Below are positions 7,890 through 16,655 of a DNA stretch of 57,561 nt, one piece after another. A program made the translations under genes and the position numbers. Origin of the DNA: Candidatus Omnitrophota bacterium (GTDB taxonomy: Bacteria > Omnitrophota > Gorgyraeia > Duberdicusellales > 4484-171). Position 1 is the stretch's first letter. Each line of letters starts with the position of its first letter. The DNA is taken from NCBI GenBank assembly GCA_020343495.1, contig CP070797.1, forward strand, positions 78,124 to 135,684, in the 5' to 3' direction. The notes beneath the pieces are model-generated. The model was given only the letters and a program-made list of their open reading frames with translations. It did not search any database and had not been told where the DNA came from.

Positions 7890-8936
7890 CTAGTATTTAT
7901 TTATTATTCCTGCCCCTAACAACATATCCCCGCTGTAAAAGGCAGCAATCTGGCCGGGAGTTACTGCCGCGGCTTTACTTTTGAGTTTAACTTTAGCGTT
8001 TTTACCCTCTATTTTAACAGCGCAGTTCAATCTAGGGGCGTTATATCTTATTTTAACCTTTATATTCCTAAATCCTTTAGGCAAAAGAAACCAGTTCATT
8101 GACGAAACGATAAACTCATTCTTATATAAATACTTCTTCTCACCGACAAATACGGTTTTGGTTGCGCTATCTATGCCCGTAACATAAAGCGGCTCTTTCC
8201 ATGAAACGCCTAACCCTGACCGCTGGCCGTAAGTAAAATTATAAATACCTTTGTGCATACCCAAAACTTCACCGTTGATGTGTTGAATGTTTCCTTTATA
8301 TTCCAAATGAGAAAGGACGCTTTCTTTAATGAATTGTGAGTAGGGTTTAGCTTTAACAAAGCAAACATCCTGGCTTTCCCTTCTTTCCTGAAAAAGTATG
8401 CCATTATCACAAACACCCTTTTTCACCTTAATTTTCGTATAACGCGCGAGAGGAAACATAAGATGTTTTAAAATAGAAGGGCTAATCAGGGAAAGAAAAT
8501 ATTCCTGGGATTTTTTACTGTCCTTGGCTTTCCTAAGGAAAAGGGTTCTACCCTCTTTTCCTATGCCTGCGTAATGGCCGGTTGCTAAATATTTAAAGCC
8601 TAAAGAACTGATTTTCTCAAAAAGGTGTCCGAACTTTATCAAAACATTACAGAAAACACAGGGGTTCGGCGTCAACCCTGCCAGATAATCTTTTACAAAA
8701 TAATCTATAATTTTTTTTTGAAATAAACCTCTGGCATCTACAATATGATGAGTAATATTTAACTTCCTGCATAGCTTCTGAGCCAGAGCTAAACTTTCAT
8801 TGTTAAAGCACCTTGCATCCCCGGAACAAAGCAGAAGAGTAAACCCTTCTACATGCCAGCCTCCCTTTTTTAGAAGGTAAGCGGCAAACGAAGAATCCAT
8901 GCCTCCACTTAAAGCAACGGCAACTTTTTTTTTCAT
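7890..8936 (-). CDS. mnmA: tRNA 2-thiouridine(34) synthase MnmA
   Basis: PP-loop VALSGGMDSS, NPCVFCN, SQEYFL and QDVCF motifs. Length 348 aa. Confidence 0.9.
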   Translation of the reverse strand: MKKKVAVALSGGMDSSFAAYLLKKGGWHVEGFTLLLCSGDARCFNNESLALAQKLCRKLNITHHIVDARGLFQKKIIDYFVKDYLAGLTPNPCVFCNVLIKFGHLFEKISSLGFKYLATGHYAGIGKEGRTLFLRKAKDSKKSQEYFLSLISPSILKHLMFPLARYTKIKVKKGVCDNGILFQERRESQDVCFVKAKPYSQFIKESVLSHLEYKGNIQHINGEVLGMHKGIYNFTYGQRSGLGVSWKEPLYVTGIDSATKTVFVGEKKYLYKNEFIVSSMNWFLLPKGFRNIKVKIRYNAPRLNCAVKIEGKNAKVKLKSKAAAVTPGQIAAFYSGDMLLGAGIINKY

Positions 8937-9757
8937 TATAACGCAGAATTAGTTTCAGATGCTGGCCTCTGGTCGCAGGGACATAGTCCTTTATCAAGCT
9001 TCTCTAGAATAATGCCAGCGGCCTTCCTTCCCGAAAGAAGCATGGAGGAAAATACAGGGCCCATTCGAGGAAGCCCAAAAACAGTAGAAACCGCCATACC
9101 GCAAATAATCAAGCCGGGGTAAATTTCCTGCGTATACTCAACAACTGCTCTTTCTGACTCATCCACCCACATCGGCCCCATACCTTTCAACTTAAAGAAC
9201 CCGGCCTCCTGCAAACGGCTGCTTACTTTAGCGTCGTGGCCGGTAGCGTCAACTACTACTTTTGCTTCCAGAGCCACCGGGTCAAGGGCAGCAATTGCCC
9301 GGGGCAAATAATTTATAGGCGTCCAGTTAACGACTACCCCGCACATCTTCTTATCCCGCAAGATTACGTCATCAAAGCTGGTCATATTCAAAAACTTAAC
9401 TCCTGCTCTGGCAGCTTCCCTTATTAACGCAGAACATGCAAAGGCAGCGTCGGCAACGTATAAGCCCTTCTTATATTCAGTAAAAGGGACCTCTAGTTCT
9501 CGAAGAATCTGCTGGGCAGGTTCTTTAACGGTAAGCTTATTCATAAGATAACCCCCGCTCCAGAATCCTCCTCCCAGATAATTATTCCTCTCAACAATCA
9601 AAACTTTCCTGCCGGCTCCGGCTAAATCCTTCCCTGCAAGCAAGCCGGACGGCCCTGCCCCCACGATAATACAATCGCTCTCAACGTAATCACTAAACTC
9701 TTTTAAAAAAGATTCAGCTATTGCTCTTGTTATATCTTTCTCAGTAAAATTACTCAA
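8936..9757 (-). CDS. thi4: Thi4-family thiazole synthase
   Basis: Dinucleotide fold VGAGPSGL and the DATGHDA motif. TTG start with a very strong SD (AAGGAGGTG, then 4 nt, then TTG). Its stop overlaps the mnmA ATG (TAATG). Confidence 0.85.
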   Translation of the reverse strand: MSNFTEKDITRAIAESFLKEFSDYVESDCIIVGAGPSGLLAGKDLAGAGRKVLIVERNNYLGGGFWSGGYLMNKLTVKEPAQQILRELEVPFTEYKKGLYVADAAFACSALIREAARAGVKFLNMTSFDDVILRDKKMCGVVVNWTPINYLPRAIAALDPVALEAKVVVDATGHDAKVSSRLQEAGFFKLKGMGPMWVDESERAVVEYTQEIYPGLIICGMAVSTVFGLPRMGPVFSSMLLSGRKAAGIILEKLDKGLCPCDQRPASETNSAL

Positions 9758-9801
9758 AATACACCTCCTTCAACGAATACCATAAATGTCCGCTATGACC
9801 G

Positions 9802-10722
9802 CTAGACATAATTAATCATCCTTTCTATTGCCTTCTTTGCTTTTTCTATTACCTCTTTATCCAACTCTATCTGATAAATCTCTTTATCCAAAGACTCATA
9901 TAACTCCACCAACGTAGTTTTTTTCATCGTTTCACAGACTTTCTCTTTACCTAAAGAATAAAACTCTTTATTGGGATTTTCTTTTTTTAACCGGTAAATT
10001 ATGCCTTCTTCTGTCCCGATGATAAACCTTTTGGCTTGGCTTTGAGCTGCTCTGATTAACATACCCGACGTTGAAAGGACAAAATCTGCTTTCAGGAGAA
10101 TCTCTTTTCTACATTCAGGATGAACTAAGACTCTAGCGTCAGGATACATTTTTTTTGTCTCCTCTAAATCTTCTAAAGTAAACTGCTGGTGAGCCTCACA
10201 ATACCCCTGCCAAATAATTACTTCTTTATCAGGAACGCGAGTTTGAACCCACCATCCTAAATTCTTATCAGGAACAAAAATAACTTTATCTATTGGGATG
10301 TTTTTAACCACTTTAACGGCATTGCTGGAAGTGCAGCATACATCGCTTAAAGCCTTAATTTGGGCGGAAGAGTTAACGTAACTAACCACCCAGGCGCCGG
10401 GGTGCTCCTTTTTTAACTCCAGGAGTTGCTGCGGGGTAATCATATCTGCTAAAGGGCAGCCTGCTTCTAATACCGGCAAAAGAACTTTTTTCTGTGGAGA
10501 AAGAATCTTAGCGGTCTCTGCCATAAATTTAACCCCGCAAAAAACAATAACCTTACTTTCAACCTCTTTTGAAATCCTTGCTAACTCTAAAGAATCCCCT
10601 AAATAATCAGCTATTTCCTGAATCTGGGGGACCTGATAGTTATGCGCTAAAATTACCGCTTCTTTCTGCTTTTTCAGCTTCAGAATATTCTCTCTCAACA
10701 TAGCGTTATCGGCTTTATCCAT
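9802..10722 (-). CDS. nadA: Quinolinate synthase
   Basis: 306 aa. AHNYQ, MAETAKIL, GCPLADM and VHPEC blocks are typical of NadA. Confidence 0.9.
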   Translation of the reverse strand: MDKADNAMLRENILKLKKQKEAVILAHNYQVPQIQEIADYLGDSLELARISKEVESKVIVFCGVKFMAETAKILSPQKKVLLPVLEAGCPLADMITPQQLLELKKEHPGAWVVSYVNSSAQIKALSDVCCTSSNAVKVVKNIPIDKVIFVPDKNLGWWVQTRVPDKEVIIWQGYCEAHQQFTLEDLEETKKMYPDARVLVHPECRKEILLKADFVLSTSGMLIRAAQSQAKRFIIGTEEGIIYRLKKENPNKEFYSLGKEKVCETMKKTTLVELYESLDKEIYQIELDKEVIEKAKKAIERMINYV

Positions 10723-10811
10723 CTTGCCTCTCCCAAAGGTTAAGCCCTCAATAAACCTGCCCCTTATAACCCATTTCTGTTCTAATATAAGGGCTAATTT
10801 CCTATTGGGTT

Positions 10812-10839
10812 ATTATAAAAAGAATATCCTTTTTGTCAA
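10812..10839 (-). promoter_or_regulatory. Consensus sigma70 promoter for the nadA operon
   Basis: Minus strand reads TTGACA (10834-10839), a 16-nt spacer, then TATAAT (10812-10817). Confidence 0.55.
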
Positions 10840-10905
10840 ATAATTTGAAAAGCCATATATAAATGCATTTACAAATAAAGCAAAAATGGTTAAAATACCT
10901 CTAAC

Positions 10906-11613
10906 ATGTTAAAACAATATATGCAGGCAGCAGCAGACATATTCTTTCCTTCGCTGTGTTTTTCCTGCGAAAGCAAGCTCCCAGATAACCGGTATTTATG
11001 CATAAAATGTAGAAACCAGATACAATTCTTAAATCCGCCTCTTTGCCGGTTATGCTCCCGCCCTCTTAAAATCAACAGAACAGGCCTATGTAAAAAATGC
11101 TCAAATAAACGCTGTTCCTACAATAGAGTTATAGGTATCACAGCTTACACTCCCCCCATGCAAACTTTAATTCACCTTTTTAAATATAAGAACTGCGATT
11201 ATCTTATTAACCTGTTTTCTTCTCTGATAACAACTTATTTCTTAAAGACCGGCTTTAAAGCTGCCGGTTATGACTTTATTACAGCCGTGCCCATGCACCC
11301 GGTGAAGCTAAAAATGAGGGGTTACAACCAATCAATGCTCCTAGCTCACGCATTAGCAAATTACTTCAAAAAACCCTTAAAAAATGGTATAATTTACCAA
11401 ACAAAACTGCGGGCTTCTCAAACCCGTCTCAAAAAAGAAGAAAGAGCAAAAAACACAAACGAAATGTTTACGGCAGAAGGAGACCTGACGGCAAAAAGAA
11501 TAATCGTTGTTGACGATATGTTTACAACCGGGGCAACTGCGCAAGGCTGTAGCCGCGCCCTTAGAGAAAAAGGCGCAGAATACATTCTCGTTATAACTCT
11601 ATCTAAAGCGTAA
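10906..11613 (+). CDS. comF: ComF-family phosphoribosyltransferase-domain protein
   Basis: N-terminal Cys pairs (CFSC..CIKC, CRLC..CKKC) and the C-terminal PRTase motif IIVVDDMFTTGAT. Confidence 0.8.
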   Translation: MLKQYMQAAADIFFPSLCFSCESKLPDNRYLCIKCRNQIQFLNPPLCRLCSRPLKINRTGLCKKCSNKRCSYNRVIGITAYTPPMQTLIHLFKYKNCDYLINLFSSLITTYFLKTGFKAAGYDFITAVPMHPVKLKMRGYNQSMLLAHALANYFKKPLKNGIIYQTKLRASQTRLKKEERAKNTNEMFTAEGDLTAKRIIVVDDMFTTGATAQGCSRALREKGAEYILVITLSKA

Positions 11614-12704
11614 TGAAACTTATACGAAACTATATCTTAAAAGACTTCTTAACGGCTTTCGTCTTCTCACTGTTGCTGTTAAGTATGGTAATGCTTCTGG
11701 GCAACATGGTTAAGATATCCGATATGGTGATACGAAAAGGCGTAAGCTTAATTGATGCCTTAAAAATATTTTTTTTCTTTGCTCCCTATCTTCTGGGTTT
11801 CACCCTTCCCCTATCCTTTTTAATGGGGGTTCTCTTAGCTATGGGAAGAATTATCACTGATAATGAAATTATCCCAATAAAGATGGCCGGCATACCTATC
11901 ACAAAGATATTGAATATCTTCTTAATGATAGGGATTATCTTTTCTCTCTTCCTGTTTATTCTCAACGACAGAATAATCCCTAATTTCCATTACCATTACC
12001 GCAACCAGATAAAAAACATATATTCTAAAAATATTTCCAGTTTAATTGAGCCGGGAATCTTTCTGGATAGTTTTCAAAGTCATATTTTATACGTGTCTGG
12101 CCGAGACGGCAATAAACTTAAAAATGTATTTATTTATGAGGTGGACAACAAAAAAGACGTCAGCAAGGTAATCTTTGCTAAACGGGCAGAATTCATTACA
12201 GAGGGAAATATCTTAAAAATGAAGCTTGAAGAAGGTTTTCGCGACGAAAATAACCCTGACAACAAGAAAGAACTGTACCGGATGAACTTTAAAATATTCT
12301 TCATAGATATCCCCATTGAAGAAAAGAAAAAAGTCCAGGTTGAAAAAAAGGCGGCGGATATGCCTCTGACTGAACTAAAAGAAAAGATTCAACAATTACA
12401 GAAGTTAGGCATTAACCCTGTTGAGATGAAAGGAGAATTCCATAAACGGATAAGCTTTTCCTTCTCTGTCCTTGCTTTCATTCTCTTAGGATTCGGCGTC
12501 TCCCTTATTATAAAACACCGGGAGAAGTCCATAAACTTCGGCATCGCATTTGTGGGTGGCATTGTTTATTATCTTCTATTTATCCTTGTCCAAACCTTAA
12601 TAGAAAACCGCCTGCTTTTTCCTGCTATAGGGATGTGGCTTCCCAACATAATAATTGGCTCAATCGGAGGGATTCTTCTTAAAAAATATGCGCATTCTAG
12701 ATAG
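11613..12704 (+). CDS. lptF: LPS export ABC transporter permease LptF (YjgP/YjgQ family)
   Basis: 363 aa with 3+3 TM segments around a large periplasmic insert. It is paired with a paralogous downstream gene. Confidence 0.8.
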   Translation: MKLIRNYILKDFLTAFVFSLLLLSMVMLLGNMVKISDMVIRKGVSLIDALKIFFFFAPYLLGFTLPLSFLMGVLLAMGRIITDNEIIPIKMAGIPITKILNIFLMIGIIFSLFLFILNDRIIPNFHYHYRNQIKNIYSKNISSLIEPGIFLDSFQSHILYVSGRDGNKLKNVFIYEVDNKKDVSKVIFAKRAEFITEGNILKMKLEEGFRDENNPDNKKELYRMNFKIFFIDIPIEEKKKVQVEKKAADMPLTELKEKIQQLQKLGINPVEMKGEFHKRISFSFSVLAFILLGFGVSLIIKHREKSINFGIAFVGGIVYYLLFILVQTLIENRLLFPAIGMWLPNIIIGSIGGILLKKYAHSR

Positions 12705-13776
12705 ACTTCTCTTTAAAACTATATTCCGCAGCTACATCTTTATTCTGGCTGTATTTATCGGGCTTTATTTTATCATAGATATCTTCACTAACCTCTCTGA
12801 CTTTTTCCAAACAAAGCCTCCCCTTAAGGTTCTCACGGAATATTACCTGCTAATGCTGCCTCTAATATTTTTAAGAGTCAGCCCCTTAGCAATTCTTATA
12901 AGCGTCCTATACTCTTTTGGGGAATTCAATAAAAACAATGAAATTTTAAGTATGCGCTCCTCAGGAATAAGCCGGTTAAGGATATCTACCCCCATAATAA
13001 TCTTTACAGTATTTTTATCCTTTTTTTCTCTATTCTTGCAAGAAAAAATCCTGGCAAACTCCCAAAAACGCGTTGAAGAGATAAAAATGAAGTTTATACA
13101 AAAAAGCTTCTCTTTAGTCAAGGAAGAAACAAACATCGCTTTTACTTCCGGCAACATGATTTTTTTCGTAGGTAAGTTCCTTCCCAAAAAAGGCATTCTG
13201 CAAAACGCTATAATTTTCAAAGAAGACGCAAACAGAAATATTGAAAAGAAGATAAGCTGCAAAGAATTAACCTATGAAAACGGAAAATGGCAAGGCCGCG
13301 ATATCTCCGAATACCGGCTTGATAGTAAAGGAAATATCTTAGGGATACCCCGCCATTACGCTACAAAAGAAATACCCATAGAAGAGAAACCTCAAGAGAT
13401 AATTCTTAAGAAAAGCATCTTTGCGCAATTTGCTTCCCTGAAAAGCTTACGAAGAGAAATGAAGCGCCTGAAAAAAATCAAAGCCAAAAATTTGTTATCT
13501 AATTTAACTATTGATTACCACAAAAAACTTGCCGACCCTTTTTCTCATTTTTTTCTTATTATCGGAATCCTGCCTTTAGCCTTAGAAATAAAAAAACGCA
13601 AAGTTGCCCTCTCTTCCTTAGGGGTAGGCTTTATCTTTGGTTTTGTTTATTATGCTTTCAGTTCCTTCAGTATTGCTCTGGGTAAAGCCGGGATAATCCT
13701 GCCTATATTCAGCGCCTGGCTTGCGCCTTTATTCTTTTTGAGCGTAGGTCTAAGCGGGCTATCTTTAATAAGATAA
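12688..13776 (+). CDS. lptG: LPS export ABC transporter permease LptG
   Basis: Paralogue of lptF. I place the start at ATG 12688 (MRILDRLLFK), overlapping the lptF stop. The track ORF starts earlier, at 12655. Confidence 0.8.
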   Translation: MRILDRLLFKTIFRSYIFILAVFIGLYFIIDIFTNLSDFFQTKPPLKVLTEYYLLMLPLIFLRVSPLAILISVLYSFGEFNKNNEILSMRSSGISRLRISTPIIIFTVFLSFFSLFLQEKILANSQKRVEEIKMKFIQKSFSLVKEETNIAFTSGNMIFFVGKFLPKKGILQNAIIFKEDANRNIEKKISCKELTYENGKWQGRDISEYRLDSKGNILGIPRHYATKEIPIEEKPQEIILKKSIFAQFASLKSLRREMKRLKKIKAKNLLSNLTIDYHKKLADPFSHFFLIIGILPLALEIKKRKVALSSLGVGFIFGFVYYAFSSFSIALGKAGIILPIFSAWLAPLFFLSVGLSGLSLIR

Positions 13777-13807
13777 TTTGACGAAACAGCAAAGAATTGC
13801 CTTGTGA

Positions 13808-14101
13808 TTAAAAGGTAAGCATAATCTCGTAAGTCTGCTGTTTCTTTTTCTTTGAATCAGGAAAGGGCGGGAAAGGGCAGGATTTTCTAATTATTTCTTT
13901 AGCGGTCTCTTCTACTTCTTTTTCTGCTTCTGACCAAATAACCGCCGGCTCCCCTACTAAATCTCCTTCGCGGGACACCTCAAACCTTAACTTAACCTTA
14001 CTATCCGGGGAATTACTCAGCGGCAAAATTTCATCCGCCAAATACACAAAAGAAGAAGTGTCTTTTATCTTCTCAACAAGCTGCAAATAATAATCATACA
14101 C
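13808..14101 (-). CDS. Small TonB C-terminal-domain-like protein (no TM segment)
   Basis: 97 aa with a GTG start 11 nt after the secretin stop. KVKLRFEVSREGDLVGEPAVIWSE...EETAKEIIRKSCPFPPFP resembles the TonB_C fold pattern. The SD is weak. Confidence 0.4.
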   Translation of the reverse strand: MYDYYLQLVEKIKDTSSFVYLADEILPLSNSPDSKVKLRFEVSREGDLVGEPAVIWSEAEKEVEETAKEIIRKSCPFPPFPDSKKKKQQTYEIMLTF

Positions 14102-14112
14102 TTTATCTTCAC

Positions 14113-15984
14113 TTACTTTCGTGGAGGAGACTTTTTTTTTACCTCTGGCGTTGGGATGGAGGGCTCTGCTTCTTCTATATAACCTTGACCGTTAATATCC
14201 GCTACATCAAAACTTTCTTCGTCTATAATATCTGCTGCCTTATATTCCTCTTGTAATTTCTCTATTTTAGCATCTATCATCTTTTCCATTTCAATTAGAT
14301 TTCTCTCGGCAACTTCTGCCTTATTTTTCTCTATCTCATAAAGTCTCTCCCCCTGCCCCTCCTGATAACTCAACTCCTCATCAAGCTCACCTAACCTTCT
14401 ATTTATATCTATATCTTCTCTTTCTTCTTTCCTAAACTCATCAATTGCCTCTGTCTCCCATATCTCTCCTACCAGCTTATCGTGGATTTCCGCCTCTATA
14501 GACCTGTCTCCCGACACTATGCGCGGGGTCAATACAATCACTAACTCATCTTTACTCCACTCATCTTTTTTACTTCTAAAAAAACTGCCTACCAAAGGTA
14601 TGCTTCCTAGAATAGGAACTTGTTTCTTCTGTTTTGTATGAGTGATTTTACGCAACCCTCCTAAAAGGACACTCACGCCTTCTTTAACCATAAGGGTGGT
14701 TTCTGCCTCGGAAGTAGTTACTATGGGAATCTGAGTAATTTGACCTTCACTTGTAATATTGGTCCTTGTTGAAGAACTAATCTCCGGCCTTATTTTTAAA
14801 GTAACGTAACCTTTCCTGTTTATCGTAGGCGTAACATAAAGTTTTACGCCGATATCAACAAAATTAACTGATTGAGAAGTTACCGCTGACTCTCCCAATT
14901 CTGAAACCGTAGAAGTAATGTAGGCGTCTTTCGTTCCCACGAGTATTTTTGCTTCCTGATTATTTAAAACCAGAATCCTGGGAGTAGAAAGCACTTTGGT
15001 ATTCCCGAATATGTTTAAGAACTCCATTATGCTGCTGTAATCGCCTTTCTCTTCTGTAGTTACTGAATCATGCGTCCCAAAAGTTATTTTATCAGTGGAT
15101 GTTGAAGGAAAACTAAACGTCCCGGAAGTTTTAAAATATTTTTGTATCCAGTAATCCCAGCTTATCCCGGAATAAAACTTTTTAGAAGGGCTCAACTCTA
15201 TAATTTTAGCGTCAATTAAAACCTGCAGAGGTTTTACGTCAAAGGCACCTACCACTTCTCTTATCTTCTCCAGTTTCTCGGGATAATCAATAATCACGGC
15301 CTTATTGCTGGCAGCATCAAACCTCATCGTGCCGACCTCGGCAGTTAAGATATCTTTCAATTTTTGTTCCAGGTCTTCGGCAGACAAATAATTCAGCTCA
15401 AAAACCTCCGTGGCTAAAAGCCTATCTACTTTCTCAACAATTTTTCTCATATGCACCAATTTATCAGGGGTGTCGGTAACCACGACCGTGTTTGTGGGTT
15501 CATCAATAATAACTTTTCCGATATTGGAAGCGGCCTGAGAAAACAACTCTCTCACTCTGGAAGCCTTTGCATTTTTTAGATTGAAAATTTCCACTTCCCT
15601 TTTATCCCAGTACTTCTGGCCGTATTTTAATTCATAATCTCTCTCTGTCATTATATAAATAATGTCGCCCTTTTTTTCATAAGCAAGATTAGCGGAAATT
15701 AAAACTATCTCTAAGGCATCCCACACATCAATGTCTTTTAAAAATAGAGTTACCCTTCCCGTGACGTTGCCTCCGATAGAAAGGTTAAACTTTCCTTCAT
15801 CCGACAATATCTTTAACACGTCAATAATATCCATCCCCTTAACATCCAGGGAAATCTTGGCAGGGTTACTTACATCTTTTTCTTGAGTGAAACTTACGAC
15901 AGGCAAAATGCAGACAATAATGATAGAAAAAGCAATTATAAATATCGTTTTATGAGTCTTTGGTCTTCTAAAGATACAACTCAA
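14113..15984 (-). CDS. gspD: Type II secretion / type IV pilus secretin (GspD/PilQ family) with a long acidic C-terminal tail
   Basis: N0/STN-like domain (DIIDVLKILSDEGKFNLSIGGNVTGRVTL), two N1-like repeats, and a secretin core (VLSTPRILVLNNQEAKILVG ... VPILGSIPLVGSFFR). Residues about 493-623 form a Glu/Lys-rich tail. Confidence 0.9.
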   Translation of the reverse strand: MSCIFRRPKTHKTIFIIAFSIIIVCILPVVSFTQEKDVSNPAKISLDVKGMDIIDVLKILSDEGKFNLSIGGNVTGRVTLFLKDIDVWDALEIVLISANLAYEKKGDIIYIMTERDYELKYGQKYWDKREVEIFNLKNAKASRVRELFSQAASNIGKVIIDEPTNTVVVTDTPDKLVHMRKIVEKVDRLLATEVFELNYLSAEDLEQKLKDILTAEVGTMRFDAASNKAVIIDYPEKLEKIREVVGAFDVKPLQVLIDAKIIELSPSKKFYSGISWDYWIQKYFKTSGTFSFPSTSTDKITFGTHDSVTTEEKGDYSSIMEFLNIFGNTKVLSTPRILVLNNQEAKILVGTKDAYITSTVSELGESAVTSQSVNFVDIGVKLYVTPTINRKGYVTLKIRPEISSSTRTNITSEGQITQIPIVTTSEAETTLMVKEGVSVLLGGLRKITHTKQKKQVPILGSIPLVGSFFRSKKDEWSKDELVIVLTPRIVSGDRSIEAEIHDKLVGEIWETEAIDEFRKEEREDIDINRRLGELDEELSYQEGQGERLYEIEKNKAEVAERNLIEMEKMIDAKIEKLQEEYKAADIIDEESFDVADINGQGYIEEAEPSIPTPEVKKKSPPRK

Positions 15985-16489
15985 AACTTTCCCCCGAACA
16001 ATTTAATAAAACCGAGTCTTTGCCAATTTTTTCTACTTTGATGTTCTCTGAAAAACTGTCGCCCTCTTTCAGATAAAAAGTCTTACCCATTCTGGCATTT
16101 TCAATTATAACCTTGGGAACTGCGCCCCATTTTATTCCTACTAACCGTAAACTCTCAATGATTTTCTTAATCTGTTGCCGGTCAACTCCTGAAACAGGTG
16201 CTGCCTCTTCAAAATAGATAGGCGTAAAAACGTCTCTGCGCTGCAGCTGGTTTAAAAACTGGGAGTAGTCTTTGCGTTCTCTCTCCACGAATAAAGGTTC
16301 CTGCTCTAAAACTGCCGAAATCCCCTCGGCGCTTTCTTTCTTAAAGAACTTCTCCTTCTCAAAGAAAGCAGAAGAAACCACAAAAGCTAAGGAAACAATG
16401 ACAATAACAAAAAGAAGCTTTACTGCTAAACCAAGGGCAAATTCTACGACAGATAACTTGTTTTTAGATAAACTGCTGTTTACAACCAT
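15968..16489 (-). CDS. GspC/PilP-like inner-membrane secretin-coupling protein
   Basis: One N-terminal TM segment. The C-terminal small beta domain (GKTFYLKEGDSFSENIKVEKIGKDSVLL) resembles the GspC HR / PilP domain. It lies immediately upstream of the secretin and overlaps it. Confidence 0.5.
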   Translation of the reverse strand: MVVNSSLSKNKLSVVEFALGLAVKLLFVIVIVSLAFVVSSAFFEKEKFFKKESAEGISAVLEQEPLFVERERKDYSQFLNQLQRRDVFTPIYFEEAAPVSGVDRQQIKKIIESLRLVGIKWGAVPKVIIENARMGKTFYLKEGDSFSENIKVEKIGKDSVLLNCSGESFELYL

Positions 16490-16592
16490 TTCTCTCCCAA
16501 TATGTTACTAAGACAAAATTCAACCTCTCACCATTACCGATAACAGAACTCTGCCTTCAGGCAATATTTCTATATTGCTGTTATATGTAATC

Positions 16593-16621
16593 ATTTTAAT
16601 AGATTAGGGCACTTGAATCAA
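16593..16621 (-). promoter_or_regulatory. Candidate internal promoter for the gspC-like, gspD and TonB_C-like genes
   Basis: Minus strand reads TTGATT (16616-16621), a 17-nt spacer, then TAAAAT (16593-16598), inside a 166-nt gap. Confidence 0.35.
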
Positions 16622-16655
16622 CTTATTTCTTCAGGCCTAAAGAATACGCTTAAAT

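Noticed and set aside
10723-10811. Possible NAD+ riboswitch (nadA motif) in the nadA leader.
   Set aside because: I looked for the tandem-domain signature (CAACA on the 5' side and ACANCCCC on the 3' side of a bulged stem). Neither is present, and the leader is only about 85 nt.
16519-16593. A 24-codon minus-strand ORF (MITYNSNIEILPEGRVLLSVMVRG) in the T2SS spacer.
   Set aside because: It has no SD and overlaps the hairpin region. At 24 codons it is too short to distinguish from chance without conservation or ribosome-profiling evidence.
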